A model generated the notes under the pieces. The model saw nothing but the letters and a program-made list of their open reading frames with translations, ran no database searches and was not told the origin of the DNA. Positions 1 through 8,890 of a DNA stretch of 32,000 nt are shown here, piece by piece. Positions within the stretch are counted from its first letter, which is position 1. Each line of letters begins with the position of its first letter. The translations under genes were made by a program, and so were the position numbers. The stretch is from Promethearchaeota archaeon (GTDB lineage: Archaea > Asgardarchaeota > Hermodarchaeia > Hermodarchaeales > Hermodarchaeaceae): assembly GCA_048938295.1 (NCBI GenBank), contig JBHLMI010000014.1:27185-59184 (forward strand). The letters are read 5' to 3'.

Positions 1-300
1 AACTGCGCTAGTCAGTTTTTGTTCTTCATCTCCTTCACCCCAGCGGGGACCGACAGCATGAATTACATACCGTGCTTTCAAATTACCACCAGTGGTCAGA
101 ACTGCTGTTCCGACTGAGGTGCCCCCGATATCATCGCATTCCCGTTGGATTGCTGGTCCACCACGTCGTCGAATGGCACCCGCAACACCCCCTCCCATTT
201 GTAGCGATTCATTAGCAGCATTAACAACCGCATCAGTTGCTAGGTCAGTAATATCCCCTTGAACAAGTTCGATGGTGACTCTGTTGACCAGCTTTTGCAT
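1..300 (-). CDS. Macrodomain protein (MacroD/Af1521/YmdB-like ADP-ribose binding or hydrolase), 3' end runs off the window
   Basis: Not in the ORF track. Manual translation from ATG at 300: [87 protein letters not shown]. Contains the [17 protein letters not shown] and IHAVGP macrodomain motifs. GGTG lies 7 nt upstream. Confidence 0.92.
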   Translation of the reverse strand, partial: MQKLVNRVTIELVQGDITDLATDAVVNAANESLQMGGGVAGAIRRRGGPAIQRECDDIGGTSVGTAVLTTGGNLKARYVIHAVGPRWGEGDEEQKLTSAV

Positions 301-408
301 ACTCCAACACCCATCTGACCAACCAATACTCGCAAACAGCCTAATATCTCGGATTAAAGGTTTCCCCCAATGAGAAAGCAGTCCTTGGATGAGAGATGCA
401 TTTCTAAA

Positions 409-1074
409 TTAGGGGAATAGGGGGAGCATTCCCCATCCAGTTATCCCCGAAATGAGAATGAACACCCAGCTGATAGCGATGAATAAACCACCAGTGATAA
501 GGAAGCCACGTTTAGCGCGAGGATCGACTAGCCCCAAATGCTCATCGAGGTATTCGGTTTTGAAGCTTAAACGCACATAATAGATGGCAGCAATTGCCAC
601 AGGAACCCAGATGATATCAACAAAGGTGAAAAGAACAGCAATAGCTCCAGCGATACCGAAGAGCCAGAAGTCTGCTATAACAAAGCCGATCGTTTCCCAA
701 ATTACGCCCACTATCATTGCGAGGGGTTCGCGAATTCGCCCCAGGGATTTAGCTCGCCCGATGTAGCCAACGATGAAGGCTTCTGGTGCACGAACGGCGA
801 CGATTCCAGGAATGAAGATTGCAGGTAAACCCACCGCGGTGATCAGAACCCCCTTCCCGATGAGTTGCCCAATGGTTGTGATAATGAGTCCGAAGGATGG
901 TCCATAAAGAATGGAAACCGCGAAAATCAGAACCGAAGAGGTGTCAATTGAGCCAATGGGGGGTGGCAGCACGACGGCAAACATCGCCATAAAAGCCATC
1001 AAAGCTCCTAGTACACCAACAGTCGCTATATACAGAGAGCGGGGGGCCTGCGTCTCTGTTAGTAAATCATTCAT
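409..1074 (-). CDS. Integral membrane protein resembling an ECF transporter substrate-binding (S) component
   Basis: 221 aa with about 6-7 hydrophobic segments. The N-terminal pattern (IATVGVLGALMAFMAMFAVVLPPPIGSIDTSSVLIFAVSILYGPSFG) is typical of S components. GAGG lies 10 nt upstream. Substrate unknown. Confidence 0.6.
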   Translation of the reverse strand: MNDLLTETQAPRSLYIATVGVLGALMAFMAMFAVVLPPPIGSIDTSSVLIFAVSILYGPSFGLIITTIGQLIGKGVLITAVGLPAIFIPGIVAVRAPEAFIVGYIGRAKSLGRIREPLAMIVGVIWETIGFVIADFWLFGIAGAIAVLFTFVDIIWVPVAIAAIYYVRLSFKTEYLDEHLGLVDPRAKRGFLITGGLFIAISWVFILISGITGWGMLPLFP

Positions 1075-1098
1075 GGTGATTAGTCCTCAATAAGAGCC

Positions 1099-1148
1099 TG
1101 ATTCTATACATGGCGTATATAAGCCTTGTGTAAAATGCCATAGAATCA
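1099..1148. promoter_or_regulatory. Divergent promoter region: 9-bp inverted repeat (TGATTCTAT / ATAGAATCA) bracketing a TATATAAG box
   Basis: Arms at 1099-1107 and 1140-1148 are exact reverse complements. A TATA-like element lies at 1116-1123, between two divergent genes. Confidence 0.4.
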
Positions 1149-1203
1149 AAAAGGAAGAATTATCTAGAACGTGGCAGGTTCAACCCAGTGAGGGATTGTT
1201 GTA

Positions 1204-1749
1204 TTGACCAACAATTCTGACAAACTTATTCGCCAGCTACATACTAACATCGTTGCTTTAACTCGCACTCCTAATTTTAGGAGGTTAGTCCCGGAAGTGG
1301 GGGGGAATTTTGTGGCTTGCATAACTGGTGCCACTAAATTGTCGCAAGTTGCAGGATTGACAGGTCGTATCATTTTAGTACGTGGCGAACCAAAGCCGAT
1401 CGGTGAAGTCGAACTGGGCTGGGCACCCTTTATGGGTCGAGTCCTGTTGAAAGCTCATAGCCTGAACAACACTATCCATTCAGCTGTGTCACTGAAATAT
1501 TCTACAACTATTGTTGATGCAGCGCGTCAAGCAGAGTTACAGGTTGTGGGATTCCGGCTAGGAGAAAACAAGCCTGTTCCCGATTGTATGACGTTGGAGG
1601 CACTCAATAAGTTTGGATTCGTACCAGAGGTATTGTTTGACTGGGGAGCCCATGGAATCGAGCCGCTCGTTGTTGTGTTTGGCGAGACTCCCACTGTTGT
1701 CACCAAACGCGTAAGAGCAATTCTAGCGAAATTAGCCGTTGATGAGTGA
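1204..1749 (+). CDS. Stand-alone thiamine-phosphate synthase (ThiN)-like domain protein, possibly catalytically divergent
   Basis: Motifs VPEVGGN, VAGLTGRI and VPEVLFDWGAHGIEPLVVVFG match the archaeal ThiN/ThiR C-terminal domain pattern. TTG start with GAGG upstream. No HTH or ThiD fused. Confidence 0.72.
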   Translation: MTNNSDKLIRQLHTNIVALTRTPNFRRLVPEVGGNFVACITGATKLSQVAGLTGRIILVRGEPKPIGEVELGWAPFMGRVLLKAHSLNNTIHSAVSLKYSTTIVDAARQAELQVVGFRLGENKPVPDCMTLEALNKFGFVPEVLFDWGAHGIEPLVVVFGETPTVVTKRVRAILAKLAVDE

Positions 1750-2509
1750 CAGGAGCTTGACTAATAATCCAAGAAAAGAATCGGAACATACGAATGAGGT
1801 GAGCCAAGCGTTTGGTGCAATTGCCTCATTCTATGATTCATGGTACCAGTCGCCTGTCGGAGGTTACGTCTGGGCTGTTGAAACAGAAGCGATTCAAGCG
1901 CTACTTCCAGAACCTCAAGGTGGAGTCGCGTTAGAAGTGGGTGTTGGAACTGGAATGATAGCAACCATAGTCCAAGATCCCTCACTACAATTTGTGGGTG
2001 TTGATGTTGCCTGGCAAATGCTTGCTATCGCCTATCAGAAACTCCAAAAAACGGAAAATCTACATCTGGTGCGATCCGATGGAGAACACCTTCCTTTTCG
2101 AAGGAAATGTTTTGACCTAGCACTAGCCATGACGTTGCTTGAATTCGTTCCAGACCCGGACCAAGTTCTATCCGAGATTCATCAATGTCTACAACCTGTC
2201 GGGTATCTCCTATTAGGAATACTTTCATCAACAAACCTGTGGGCAATTGAAAGACGAATCCGGAGTTTCGTTCAACCTGATGTCTTCAGATTTGCCCGAT
2301 TTCCAAGCCCATGGCAGGTTATCCGCTTACTTAATCGGAATGGATTTTCACAGGTTCAATATAGGGGTTCCGTGTATGCACCTACGTTTACACCGACACG
2401 GTGGCTTCCAAGATTTGCTTCCTTGGAACCGACATTGGGAACACGGTGGTTGAGTCGTGCTTTAGGTGCTTTCATTGTGTTTTCCGCTAGACGAAGCATG
2501 CTCAAGTGA
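1742..2509 (+). CDS. Class I SAM-dependent methyltransferase (UbiE/Methyltransf_11-like)
   Basis: Motif I LEVGVGTG, VGVDVAWQML, DGEHLPF and LEFVPDP..VLSEIHQCLQPVG. The ATG at 1742 overlaps the upstream stop. Confidence 0.85.
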   Translation: MSDRSLTNNPRKESEHTNEVSQAFGAIASFYDSWYQSPVGGYVWAVETEAIQALLPEPQGGVALEVGVGTGMIATIVQDPSLQFVGVDVAWQMLAIAYQKLQKTENLHLVRSDGEHLPFRRKCFDLALAMTLLEFVPDPDQVLSEIHQCLQPVGYLLLGILSSTNLWAIERRIRSFVQPDVFRFARFPSPWQVIRLLNRNGFSQVQYRGSVYAPTFTPTRWLPRFASLEPTLGTRWLSRALGAFIVFSARRSMLK

Positions 2510-3488
2510 TTTGGCCCGTATATCGCGTATATGGGTCTTCTCCAGGTTTAAGACGCTCTGACTTTTCATCAGCTTCAACTATCACCTGCTTCTTTTTGGT
2601 GAACGATCCGATGACAGCCGCCTTTCTGTTGAAACCTTTAACCGACTGGATGATCTCGTTTGCTGCTTCGTTCTCTGTGACGACCAGAAAGTTGCCAAAA
2701 GATGAACAATAAAGGGGGTTCCAGCGCAGATAATTGAATAGATTGAGGCTGGATTCATCCCAGGGAATCTCACTAGCCTGAATCGTGATTCCTAGCCCAG
2801 TCGCCTGCTTTAGCTCAAACAAAGCCGTAGCTAGCCCCCCTTCCGCAATATCATGTAACAGCGCTATTCTTTCCCTGGGAAGGTGGTTTATAAGAGGGAC
2901 CACTGAGAACGGGCCTAGGTCAGCTGCAATCTCTTCTCGCCGTGGACGCGAGAGGATTGCATCGACAGTTGACGGCTCCACATTGGCTAAGAACCATAGA
3001 GTTTCACGCGCAATTGGCCCCACCGCAATTAGCACATGTCCAGGAGATACTTTGGGTATTGGAGGGGATTCATCAGGAAGGATACCGATACAGGTGCTCG
3101 TGAACACCGGAATAGTAAGCCCGTCATAACCGCCAGTATGACCCCCGAGGATTTTAAGATTTAACTGGTTCGCCTCTTGACCAAGTTGGGTCATGGTTGT
3201 TGAAAGCCATTCTTCTTCTGTATCTGGTGGATAATATATTCCTAAGGACAGATATTGAGGGGTTGCCCACGCCATAGCGACATCTGTAGCAGAATAATGG
3301 ACCGCAAAAAACCCATAGAACTGAAGAGGTATCCCGAGTACAGGATCTGAGGCAACGACGACATTCCCCTCTATTCGAGCTGAGCCATAGTCTAGGAGAA
3401 TGGAACGAGGATCATCGACACGGGGCAAATGTGGAAAAACTAGGCGTTCTAGATCAGGTAACATGAGTTTGCCTTTTGGCAGGGTCAT
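2502..3488 (-). CDS. AIR synthase-related protein (PurM/ThiL/HypE/SelD superfamily)
   Basis: SDPVLG, AVHYSATDVA, ILGGHT and LHDIAEGGL motifs. GGAGG lies 7 nt upstream and TTATAA lies just upstream. Confidence 0.8.
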   Translation of the reverse strand: MTLPKGKLMLPDLERLVFPHLPRVDDPRSILLDYGSARIEGNVVVASDPVLGIPLQFYGFFAVHYSATDVAMAWATPQYLSLGIYYPPDTEEEWLSTTMTQLGQEANQLNLKILGGHTGGYDGLTIPVFTSTCIGILPDESPPIPKVSPGHVLIAVGPIARETLWFLANVEPSTVDAILSRPRREEIAADLGPFSVVPLINHLPRERIALLHDIAEGGLATALFELKQATGLGITIQASEIPWDESSLNLFNYLRWNPLYCSSFGNFLVVTENEAANEIIQSVKGFNRKAAVIGSFTKKKQVIVEADEKSERLKPGEDPYTRYTGQIT

Positions 3489-3541
3489 GGTTTAGCCTCC
3501 TCTCCTCAGACTGCATCTTCGCAGGTTATAATGGATATGGT

Positions 3542-4510
3542 TCATTGATTACCAGCATCCACAGCACTCGTAATATCTTGCCGTTTTAAGAAACGTGGCT
3601 CTAACGCAATCAATGCCGTAGCCAAGAAAATGAGAACAGCTCCAAATGCTTGCCAAATTGCTACAGGCTGGCTAAGAAAGATTACCCCAAATATAACCGC
3701 ACTTATCGGATCTAGTAAGAGGATGATTGAAGCCACTGAGGCATCGACTTTTTCGACTCCCACATTCGTCAATAAGTACGGAATGGTAGTGGCGATAAGA
3801 GCAAATGCCATGAGAAAAAGCCATACAGGAAGTGGTTGGAAAAGTTGGATGCCAACAACGCGTGGATCACTGACAAAAAGGCTGATAATGAGAATAATCG
3901 GGCCCATCCAAACCAGGGCAAAAAAGAACCCCCAGAAGGTAGTCACTGATGGCTGGTACCCTTCATAGCCACCCCATTTACGCCCCAAGACCACATAGAC
4001 AGCAGCGAAGATGGCATTCGAGAAAGACAGAATAACGCCGGCGATGGGAACAGCAGCTACATAGGGGAAGATGGGCACAGATACTATCACGGCACCGGCT
4101 ATCGAGAGGGGTACAGCAATGAGTCTTATGAACGTCAATTTTTCATTAAGAAAGATACGACCCATGATGAGAGTAATAGCTGGATACAGATAAGTGAGGG
4201 AAACAGCCACAACGACCGGAGTCCCAATGGCTATGGCCGTTATGTAAACAACTATGCTGAGAGCAATACCGATCAATCCATACACTGCAAAGAAGGAAAG
4301 ATGTTTTCGTTGAAGGGTTATCCCTCGATAGGAGTAAGCCAGACCAAGACCGACAAAGAGAAAGAGTACGGTAAAACCAATACGAAACAGCGCTTGTTGT
4401 AACGATGAAACACCGAGAAGCGATAAGTAGTAAGAAAAAACCGGGATAGTTCCAAAGCAGACTGCAGCAGTAACAAGACTCAGATAATTGATCTTTCGAG
4501 ATGTGCTCAT
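3542..4510 (-). CDS. DMT/EamA family transporter
   Basis: 322 aa, about 10 TM segments in two repeats, with LTYLYPAITLIMGRIFLNEKL and LLLDPISAVIFGVIFLSQ EamA-type motifs. Confidence 0.87.
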   Translation of the reverse strand: MSTSRKINYLSLVTAAVCFGTIPVFSYYLSLLGVSSLQQALFRIGFTVLFLFVGLGLAYSYRGITLQRKHLSFFAVYGLIGIALSIVVYITAIAIGTPVVVAVSLTYLYPAITLIMGRIFLNEKLTFIRLIAVPLSIAGAVIVSVPIFPYVAAVPIAGVILSFSNAIFAAVYVVLGRKWGGYEGYQPSVTTFWGFFFALVWMGPIILIISLFVSDPRVVGIQLFQPLPVWLFLMAFALIATTIPYLLTNVGVEKVDASVASIILLLDPISAVIFGVIFLSQPVAIWQAFGAVLIFLATALIALEPRFLKRQDITSAVDAGNQ

Positions 4511-4553
4511 TTGAATCCGCTCAAAGATTGTTCTGAGGTCCCCGGTGTCTTAA

Positions 4554-5138
4554 TCAATGAATTTTTGACTTGAGGATGGTGACGGCTTCGGCTCCACCAT
4601 GTAGAGCTTTTAGGTTTTCTTTCTCAAATCGCTTGAGTTTGCTGTCGGTTTTGATTGTTTGTTCAAGTAACGAAAGTGTAACGCGTTCATCAATGGCGGC
4701 GAGGGCACCTAGAGATGCCATACCCATGTATCGTACGTGCCCGAGCTGGTCCGCGAGTTTTCGGATGTTTACCTGATATATCGTTGTACCGTTAGTTGGG
4801 GATAAATCGGACAGGCCCATTTGTACTACGGGGTCGTTCACGATTTCGGTTTCTAGGAGGAGTAAGTCGCTGCTCAAGTCAGGAGTAATCGAACAACACT
4901 TTCTGAACGCGGGTGTGGAGAGTACAACTAGAACGTTTGGTTTTTGAAATCCTAACTCATATATCGGATCGGTAGAAACAGTGAGGTCAGCGGTGCAGGC
5001 ACCCCCACGAGCTGCCGCGCCATGGGATTCAGTTTGCAAAACGTGCAGTCCTTTTTGAGTGAAGGTGAGACCAAGGGTTCGACTTGCGGTGACGACACCA
5101 TACCCGCCATAGCCTGCAAATCGTACTGTGTAATACAT
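4554..5138 (-). CDS. korC: 2-oxoacid:ferredoxin oxidoreductase gamma subunit
   Basis: VRFAGYGGYGVVT and TESHGAAARGGAC motifs. Last gene of a delta-alpha-beta-gamma operon. Substrate specificity is not determinable from sequence. Confidence 0.85.
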   Translation of the reverse strand: MYYTVRFAGYGGYGVVTASRTLGLTFTQKGLHVLQTESHGAAARGGACTADLTVSTDPIYELGFQKPNVLVVLSTPAFRKCCSITPDLSSDLLLLETEIVNDPVVQMGLSDLSPTNGTTIYQVNIRKLADQLGHVRYMGMASLGALAAIDERVTLSLLEQTIKTDSKLKRFEKENLKALHGGAEAVTILKSKIH

Positions 5139-5157
5139 GATTACTCTTCGACCTCCA

Positions 5158-6045
5158 TCAACTCCATAACCTCTGTAAATGGTTGATTAGTGTAGGTCGT
5201 TGCTCACGCTTGAAGACTCCTAACTCCATTGGCGTATTCTTCAAGGTGAGTTGATAACGGGGATAGCCCAATGCTTCTCCTTTCTTTTTGCCTTTAAGGG
5301 CCTTGAGCATCCAGGCTCCTGGATGGCGGTGATACTGTTCCCGTTCATCAGGAGATAAGGTGGCTTGATACTCAGTTAAGAATCGTGCAGCATATGTAGG
5401 ACATTGGGCGATGACTTCAATGAAGGCAAAGCCTGGATGCAGCATCGCATCCTTGATAGTTCGGATGAGTTCATTGACATAAAAGGTGGTCCACCTCGCG
5501 ATGAAGCTTGCTCCAGCGCCTTCCACCAATCTTATGAGATCAAATGGTGCCTCTGGATGCTGGGGATAGGTTGAGGTCCGAACATGGAGAGGAGTAGTGG
5601 GAGCTGATTGGCCTCCTGTCATGCCATAATTAAGGTTGTTAACTAGGATGACCGTCATAGGGATGTTTCGTCTAGCGCCGTGAATAAGGTGGTTTCCACC
5701 AATCGCCGCCCCGTCCCCATCGCCGGTAAAGACAACGACATTCAATTTGGGGTTCATGACTTTAGCGCCAGTAGCAAAGGCGATTGGGCGCCCATGTGTT
5801 GTGTGTAAGGTGTCGCCCCGAAAATGTGGGCTTGGAATCCAAGCTGAACAACCGATGCCTGAAACAGCAAGAATGTCTTGGTGTCGGAGTTCTTTGGCTG
5901 TAATCAGTTCATCGACTGCTCTGACAAAGGCGTTGAGGATGGTGCCGTTTCCGCATCCAGCACAAAATGCGCTAGGAAGATTCCGCAGATAGGTATCACG
6001 ATAGTACTGTTGAGATTTACCTAGAGATGGATTGGGTTGGGTCAT
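5158..6045 (-). CDS. korB: 2-oxoacid:ferredoxin oxidoreductase beta (TPP-binding) subunit
   Basis: FCAGCGNG, SGIGCS, HGRP, TGDGDG..IGGNH..H..RRN and NN..YGMTGGQ.APTT motifs. Confidence 0.92.
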   Translation of the reverse strand: MTQPNPSLGKSQQYYRDTYLRNLPSAFCAGCGNGTILNAFVRAVDELITAKELRHQDILAVSGIGCSAWIPSPHFRGDTLHTTHGRPIAFATGAKVMNPKLNVVVFTGDGDGAAIGGNHLIHGARRNIPMTVILVNNLNYGMTGGQSAPTTPLHVRTSTYPQHPEAPFDLIRLVEGAGASFIARWTTFYVNELIRTIKDAMLHPGFAFIEVIAQCPTYAARFLTEYQATLSPDEREQYHRHPGAWMLKALKGKKKGEALGYPRYQLTLKNTPMELGVFKREQRPTLINHLQRLWS

Positions 6046-7178
6046 GCAGATTCAGCCTCCATGATTCGATCGAGAATTTCACTCGATTGATGGACCTCCC
6101 CTGCAACTTTTGGTACGCTGACAACAGTCGCGTGTTTGGCAATTCGAGCAATTTCGTTGACCATCATTCCCATGTTCATCTCCACAACGAGAATTCGCTG
6201 AACATTGGTTAAAACCTCGAGGAGTCGTTGTTCAGGTAAGGGCCACAGCGTTTTCAACCGAATAAAGCCGACATCGACTCCGTTCTTCCTTGCAGTAATG
6301 ACTGCCTGATAGGCGGGTCGAGCTGAGGCTCCAAAACTAAGTACAGCAGTGGACGCAGAATCGAGGTGCAAGGCATCCAAATCTAGCCGTTCTTCACTCA
6401 GGGCAACTCCAGCCTGGCGACTCTTCTCAAATAGCCATTTAATGGTTGCTCGATGAAAATGCGGAGTGTAATCTCGTACACCTGTTGGTCGATGGGCTGA
6501 ACCCGTAACCAGGAGATTCATTCCATCCCCAAACCGTGGCATTTCATAGCGTAAGAAGATCTCTTCAGGAGATGAATGCTTCTTTGTGAGGCGTTGGCGG
6601 TTAAAAACAGGGAACTCGCCGAATTTGGGAACCTTGAGAGGTTCGCGCATATAGCTGATTTCGCCATCCGCCATGACAAGAGTTGGTGTCCGGAAGCGTT
6701 CAGCGAAGTTGAACGCATGAATTGTAAACTCAAACATTTCCTGTACTGACCACGGACAGAACGCAATTGGCGCTACGTCTCCATGTGTCCCATATCTTGC
6801 CTGCATAATGTCTTGTTGGCCAGGCATGGTGGATTGACCCGTGCTGGGACCTGATCGTTGAGCATCAACAACAACCACAGGTGTTTCCGTGAGATAAGCA
6901 TAACCGAGGTTTTCTTGCATGAGACTGAAGCCGGGGCCTGAAGTGGCAGTCATCGCTTTCCCTCCCGCCCAAGAGGCTCCGATGATGGCCGCCATAGAAG
7001 CGATTTCGTCTTCCATTTGCAAGTAGTAGCCTTTCTTCTGGGGGAGTCGTTCAGCCATCCATTCAACAATACTCGTCGCAGGAGTAATGGGGTAGCCTGC
7101 AAAGAATCGACACCCCGCATAAATTGCACCTTCAGCGCAGGCAGTGCCACCATCTACAAAATACAATCCAGCCTTCAT
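6042..7178 (-). CDS. korA: 2-oxoacid:ferredoxin oxidoreductase alpha subunit
   Basis: FFAGYPITPAT, QMEDEIAS, TATSGPGFSLMQENLG and QRSGPSTG motifs. Overlaps korB by 4 nt. Confidence 0.92.
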   Translation of the reverse strand: MKAGLYFVDGGTACAEGAIYAGCRFFAGYPITPATSIVEWMAERLPQKKGYYLQMEDEIASMAAIIGASWAGGKAMTATSGPGFSLMQENLGYAYLTETPVVVVDAQRSGPSTGQSTMPGQQDIMQARYGTHGDVAPIAFCPWSVQEMFEFTIHAFNFAERFRTPTLVMADGEISYMREPLKVPKFGEFPVFNRQRLTKKHSSPEEIFLRYEMPRFGDGMNLLVTGSAHRPTGVRDYTPHFHRATIKWLFEKSRQAGVALSEERLDLDALHLDSASTAVLSFGASARPAYQAVITARKNGVDVGFIRLKTLWPLPEQRLLEVLTNVQRILVVEMNMGMMVNEIARIAKHATVVSVPKVAGEVHQSSEILDRIMEAESA

Positions 7179-7423
7179 TCTTCTTCCACCTCAATTTCTA
7201 TTGCTGCATCAGGACACCGTTTCTCGCATAATCGACACGGAATGCCCTGTTTGCTCCGAACTAACATGCACTTGGTTGCACCGCCCTCTTTGAGACATGG
7301 CCTATTTCCTCCCCACGCTGTGATTCTCCCTTCTTCAAGGATTTTCGTGGGACAAAAGAGGATGCAAATGCCACAACCCTTACACAGATTTTCATCAACG
7401 GTGACTTTGATTTGCCGCGGGAT
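7175..7423 (-). CDS. korD: 2x[4Fe-4S] ferredoxin, delta subunit of the oxidoreductase; no canonical in-frame start
   Basis: Not in the ORF track. Manual translation from ATC at 7423: (M)PRQIKVTVDENLCKGCGICILFCPTKILEEGRITAWGGNRPCLKEGGATKCMLVRSKQGIPCRLCEKRCPDAAIEIEVEEE (82 aa). Its TGA overlaps the korA ATG (ATGA). Confidence 0.85.
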   Translation of the reverse strand: MPRQIKVTVDENLCKGCGICILFCPTKILEEGRITAWGGNRPCLKEGGATKCMLVRSKQGIPCRLCEKRCPDAAIEIEVEEE

Positions 7424-7516
7424 TCTTCATTCCTCCTCAGAGATCAGCTAGGCGTTCGCATCGAGAGTTAGCATGAGCACCTAAAGTTTTATGGAAAGAC
7501 GATACAGGTTCAAGTC

Positions 7517-8875
7517 ATGACCGAGTCAGCGAAACGTCAAATTCCACGATGGCTGACAGCCATACTCTTCTTCGTCTTCACTTTGATACTCACCACGCTG
7601 ACATACTTAATTCCTATTGTGGGAGAACTCTATTATTATATCCTCATTCTTGTTGTCTTGCTGTTGTGGATTTACGTTGATAAACAGCAGCCTGAGAATT
7701 TGGGCTTTCGATTTTTCCGAACATGGTGGCTCCAACTACTCCTGGGTATTCTGCTCGCTGGCCTTATAGTTGGCCTCGTGGTGTGGCTTGAAGTGCTTTT
7801 AGGCTGGGTCAACCTTACCCCCGAGTACTTAGGTCAGCCCCTGGGTCTGCTTGCAGGAGCCCTCACTGTGTATGCATTGAACACAGCCATAGTAGTGATC
7901 GGAGAGGAAATGGGGAGTCGAGGTTACATTCAGCAAAACCTTGCAACTAGAATCATAGTGCCTTTTGCAATCCTCATCACCGCAGTCATGTTTGCAATGT
8001 TCCATATCCCAGGTATCTTACTCCATTACGTGCTTCCCCCAGTCCCAGCCATCATCATGTTTAGCAATCTCTTCATTGCGGGCATCTGGTTGGGTCTAGC
8101 TTTTACCCGTACTCGAAATCTTTGGCTGCCTATTGGCCTTCATCTGGGGTGGAATTTTGTCCTGTATTATATTATCGGAATCAGGGGCCAAGGGTTATTC
8201 CAGTACCAAAGCGTGGGTCCAGAAATTCTTACAGGAGGTATTGTGGGACCTGAAGCTGGATTAATTGGGACAGCTGCTTTCTTGTTTCTCCTTGCCATCA
8301 CGTGGATTGGAACCTCAGATGCGAAAAGACAACTTCTCCGAATGTTCGAAGCAAAGGCACTCGTGATGTTTGCTGTGGGTTTCTTGGTCATCCTCATCCC
8401 TGTAGTGCTGGGCCTTTTGGTTGCTGGACTGTGGATTTTCCTTGTCATTTGGGTTGTGTACGCGATTTTCTTTTTACAGGTTTGGGAAAACAAGATTCTA
8501 TGTAGCCATTGTCCCCATTATGGAAGCGAAGGGCGAACACTTCGGTGCCATGCGAATTATGGGCTCTATAAGCTGTGGAAGTATAATCCAGCCCCCATGA
8601 GCCGATCCGAGCAGGCCCAGATAATGATTGGAGTCGTGATAATGATTGGATTCCCCTTTCCTTTTCTGGTATGGGCTCAGCAATGGTTGTTCTTGGTGTT
8701 TGCATTATTTGGGGCCATTGTCTTGGGAGTCATTCTCTTTGGCTGGTTATGTCTCCGATGCGTAAACTTTTCATGTCCCTTTAACCGTGTGCCTAAGGAA
8801 GAAGTCGATGCCTTCTTGAAAGAGCACTCCGAGATGCGTAAAGCTTGGGAAGAAAAAGGCTACAAGGTTGGCTGA
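7517..8875 (+). CDS. CPBP (CAAX/Rce1/Abi-type) intramembrane metalloprotease fused to a C-terminal Cys-rich membrane domain
   Basis: GEEMGSRG (EExxxR), FAMFH (FxxxH) and HLGWN (HxxxN) motifs. The C-terminal ~180 aa carry CSHCPHY, RCHANYG and CLRCVNFSCPFN. Confidence 0.85.
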   Translation: MTESAKRQIPRWLTAILFFVFTLILTTLTYLIPIVGELYYYILILVVLLLWIYVDKQQPENLGFRFFRTWWLQLLLGILLAGLIVGLVVWLEVLLGWVNLTPEYLGQPLGLLAGALTVYALNTAIVVIGEEMGSRGYIQQNLATRIIVPFAILITAVMFAMFHIPGILLHYVLPPVPAIIMFSNLFIAGIWLGLAFTRTRNLWLPIGLHLGWNFVLYYIIGIRGQGLFQYQSVGPEILTGGIVGPEAGLIGTAAFLFLLAITWIGTSDAKRQLLRMFEAKALVMFAVGFLVILIPVVLGLLVAGLWIFLVIWVVYAIFFLQVWENKILCSHCPHYGSEGRTLRCHANYGLYKLWKYNPAPMSRSEQAQIMIGVVIMIGFPFPFLVWAQQWLFLVFALFGAIVLGVILFGWLCLRCVNFSCPFNRVPKEEVDAFLKEHSEMRKAWEEKGYKVG

Positions 8876-8890
8876 TTCATCAACTAAATT

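Noticed and set aside
1075-1203. TPP riboswitch upstream of the ThiN-like or ECF-S-like gene
   Set aside because: The conserved CUGAGA and ACCUGAU...UAAU...GCG.AGG elements are absent on both strands.
7017-7451. Plus-strand 144-aa ORF
   Set aside because: Shadow ORF antisense to korA and korD.
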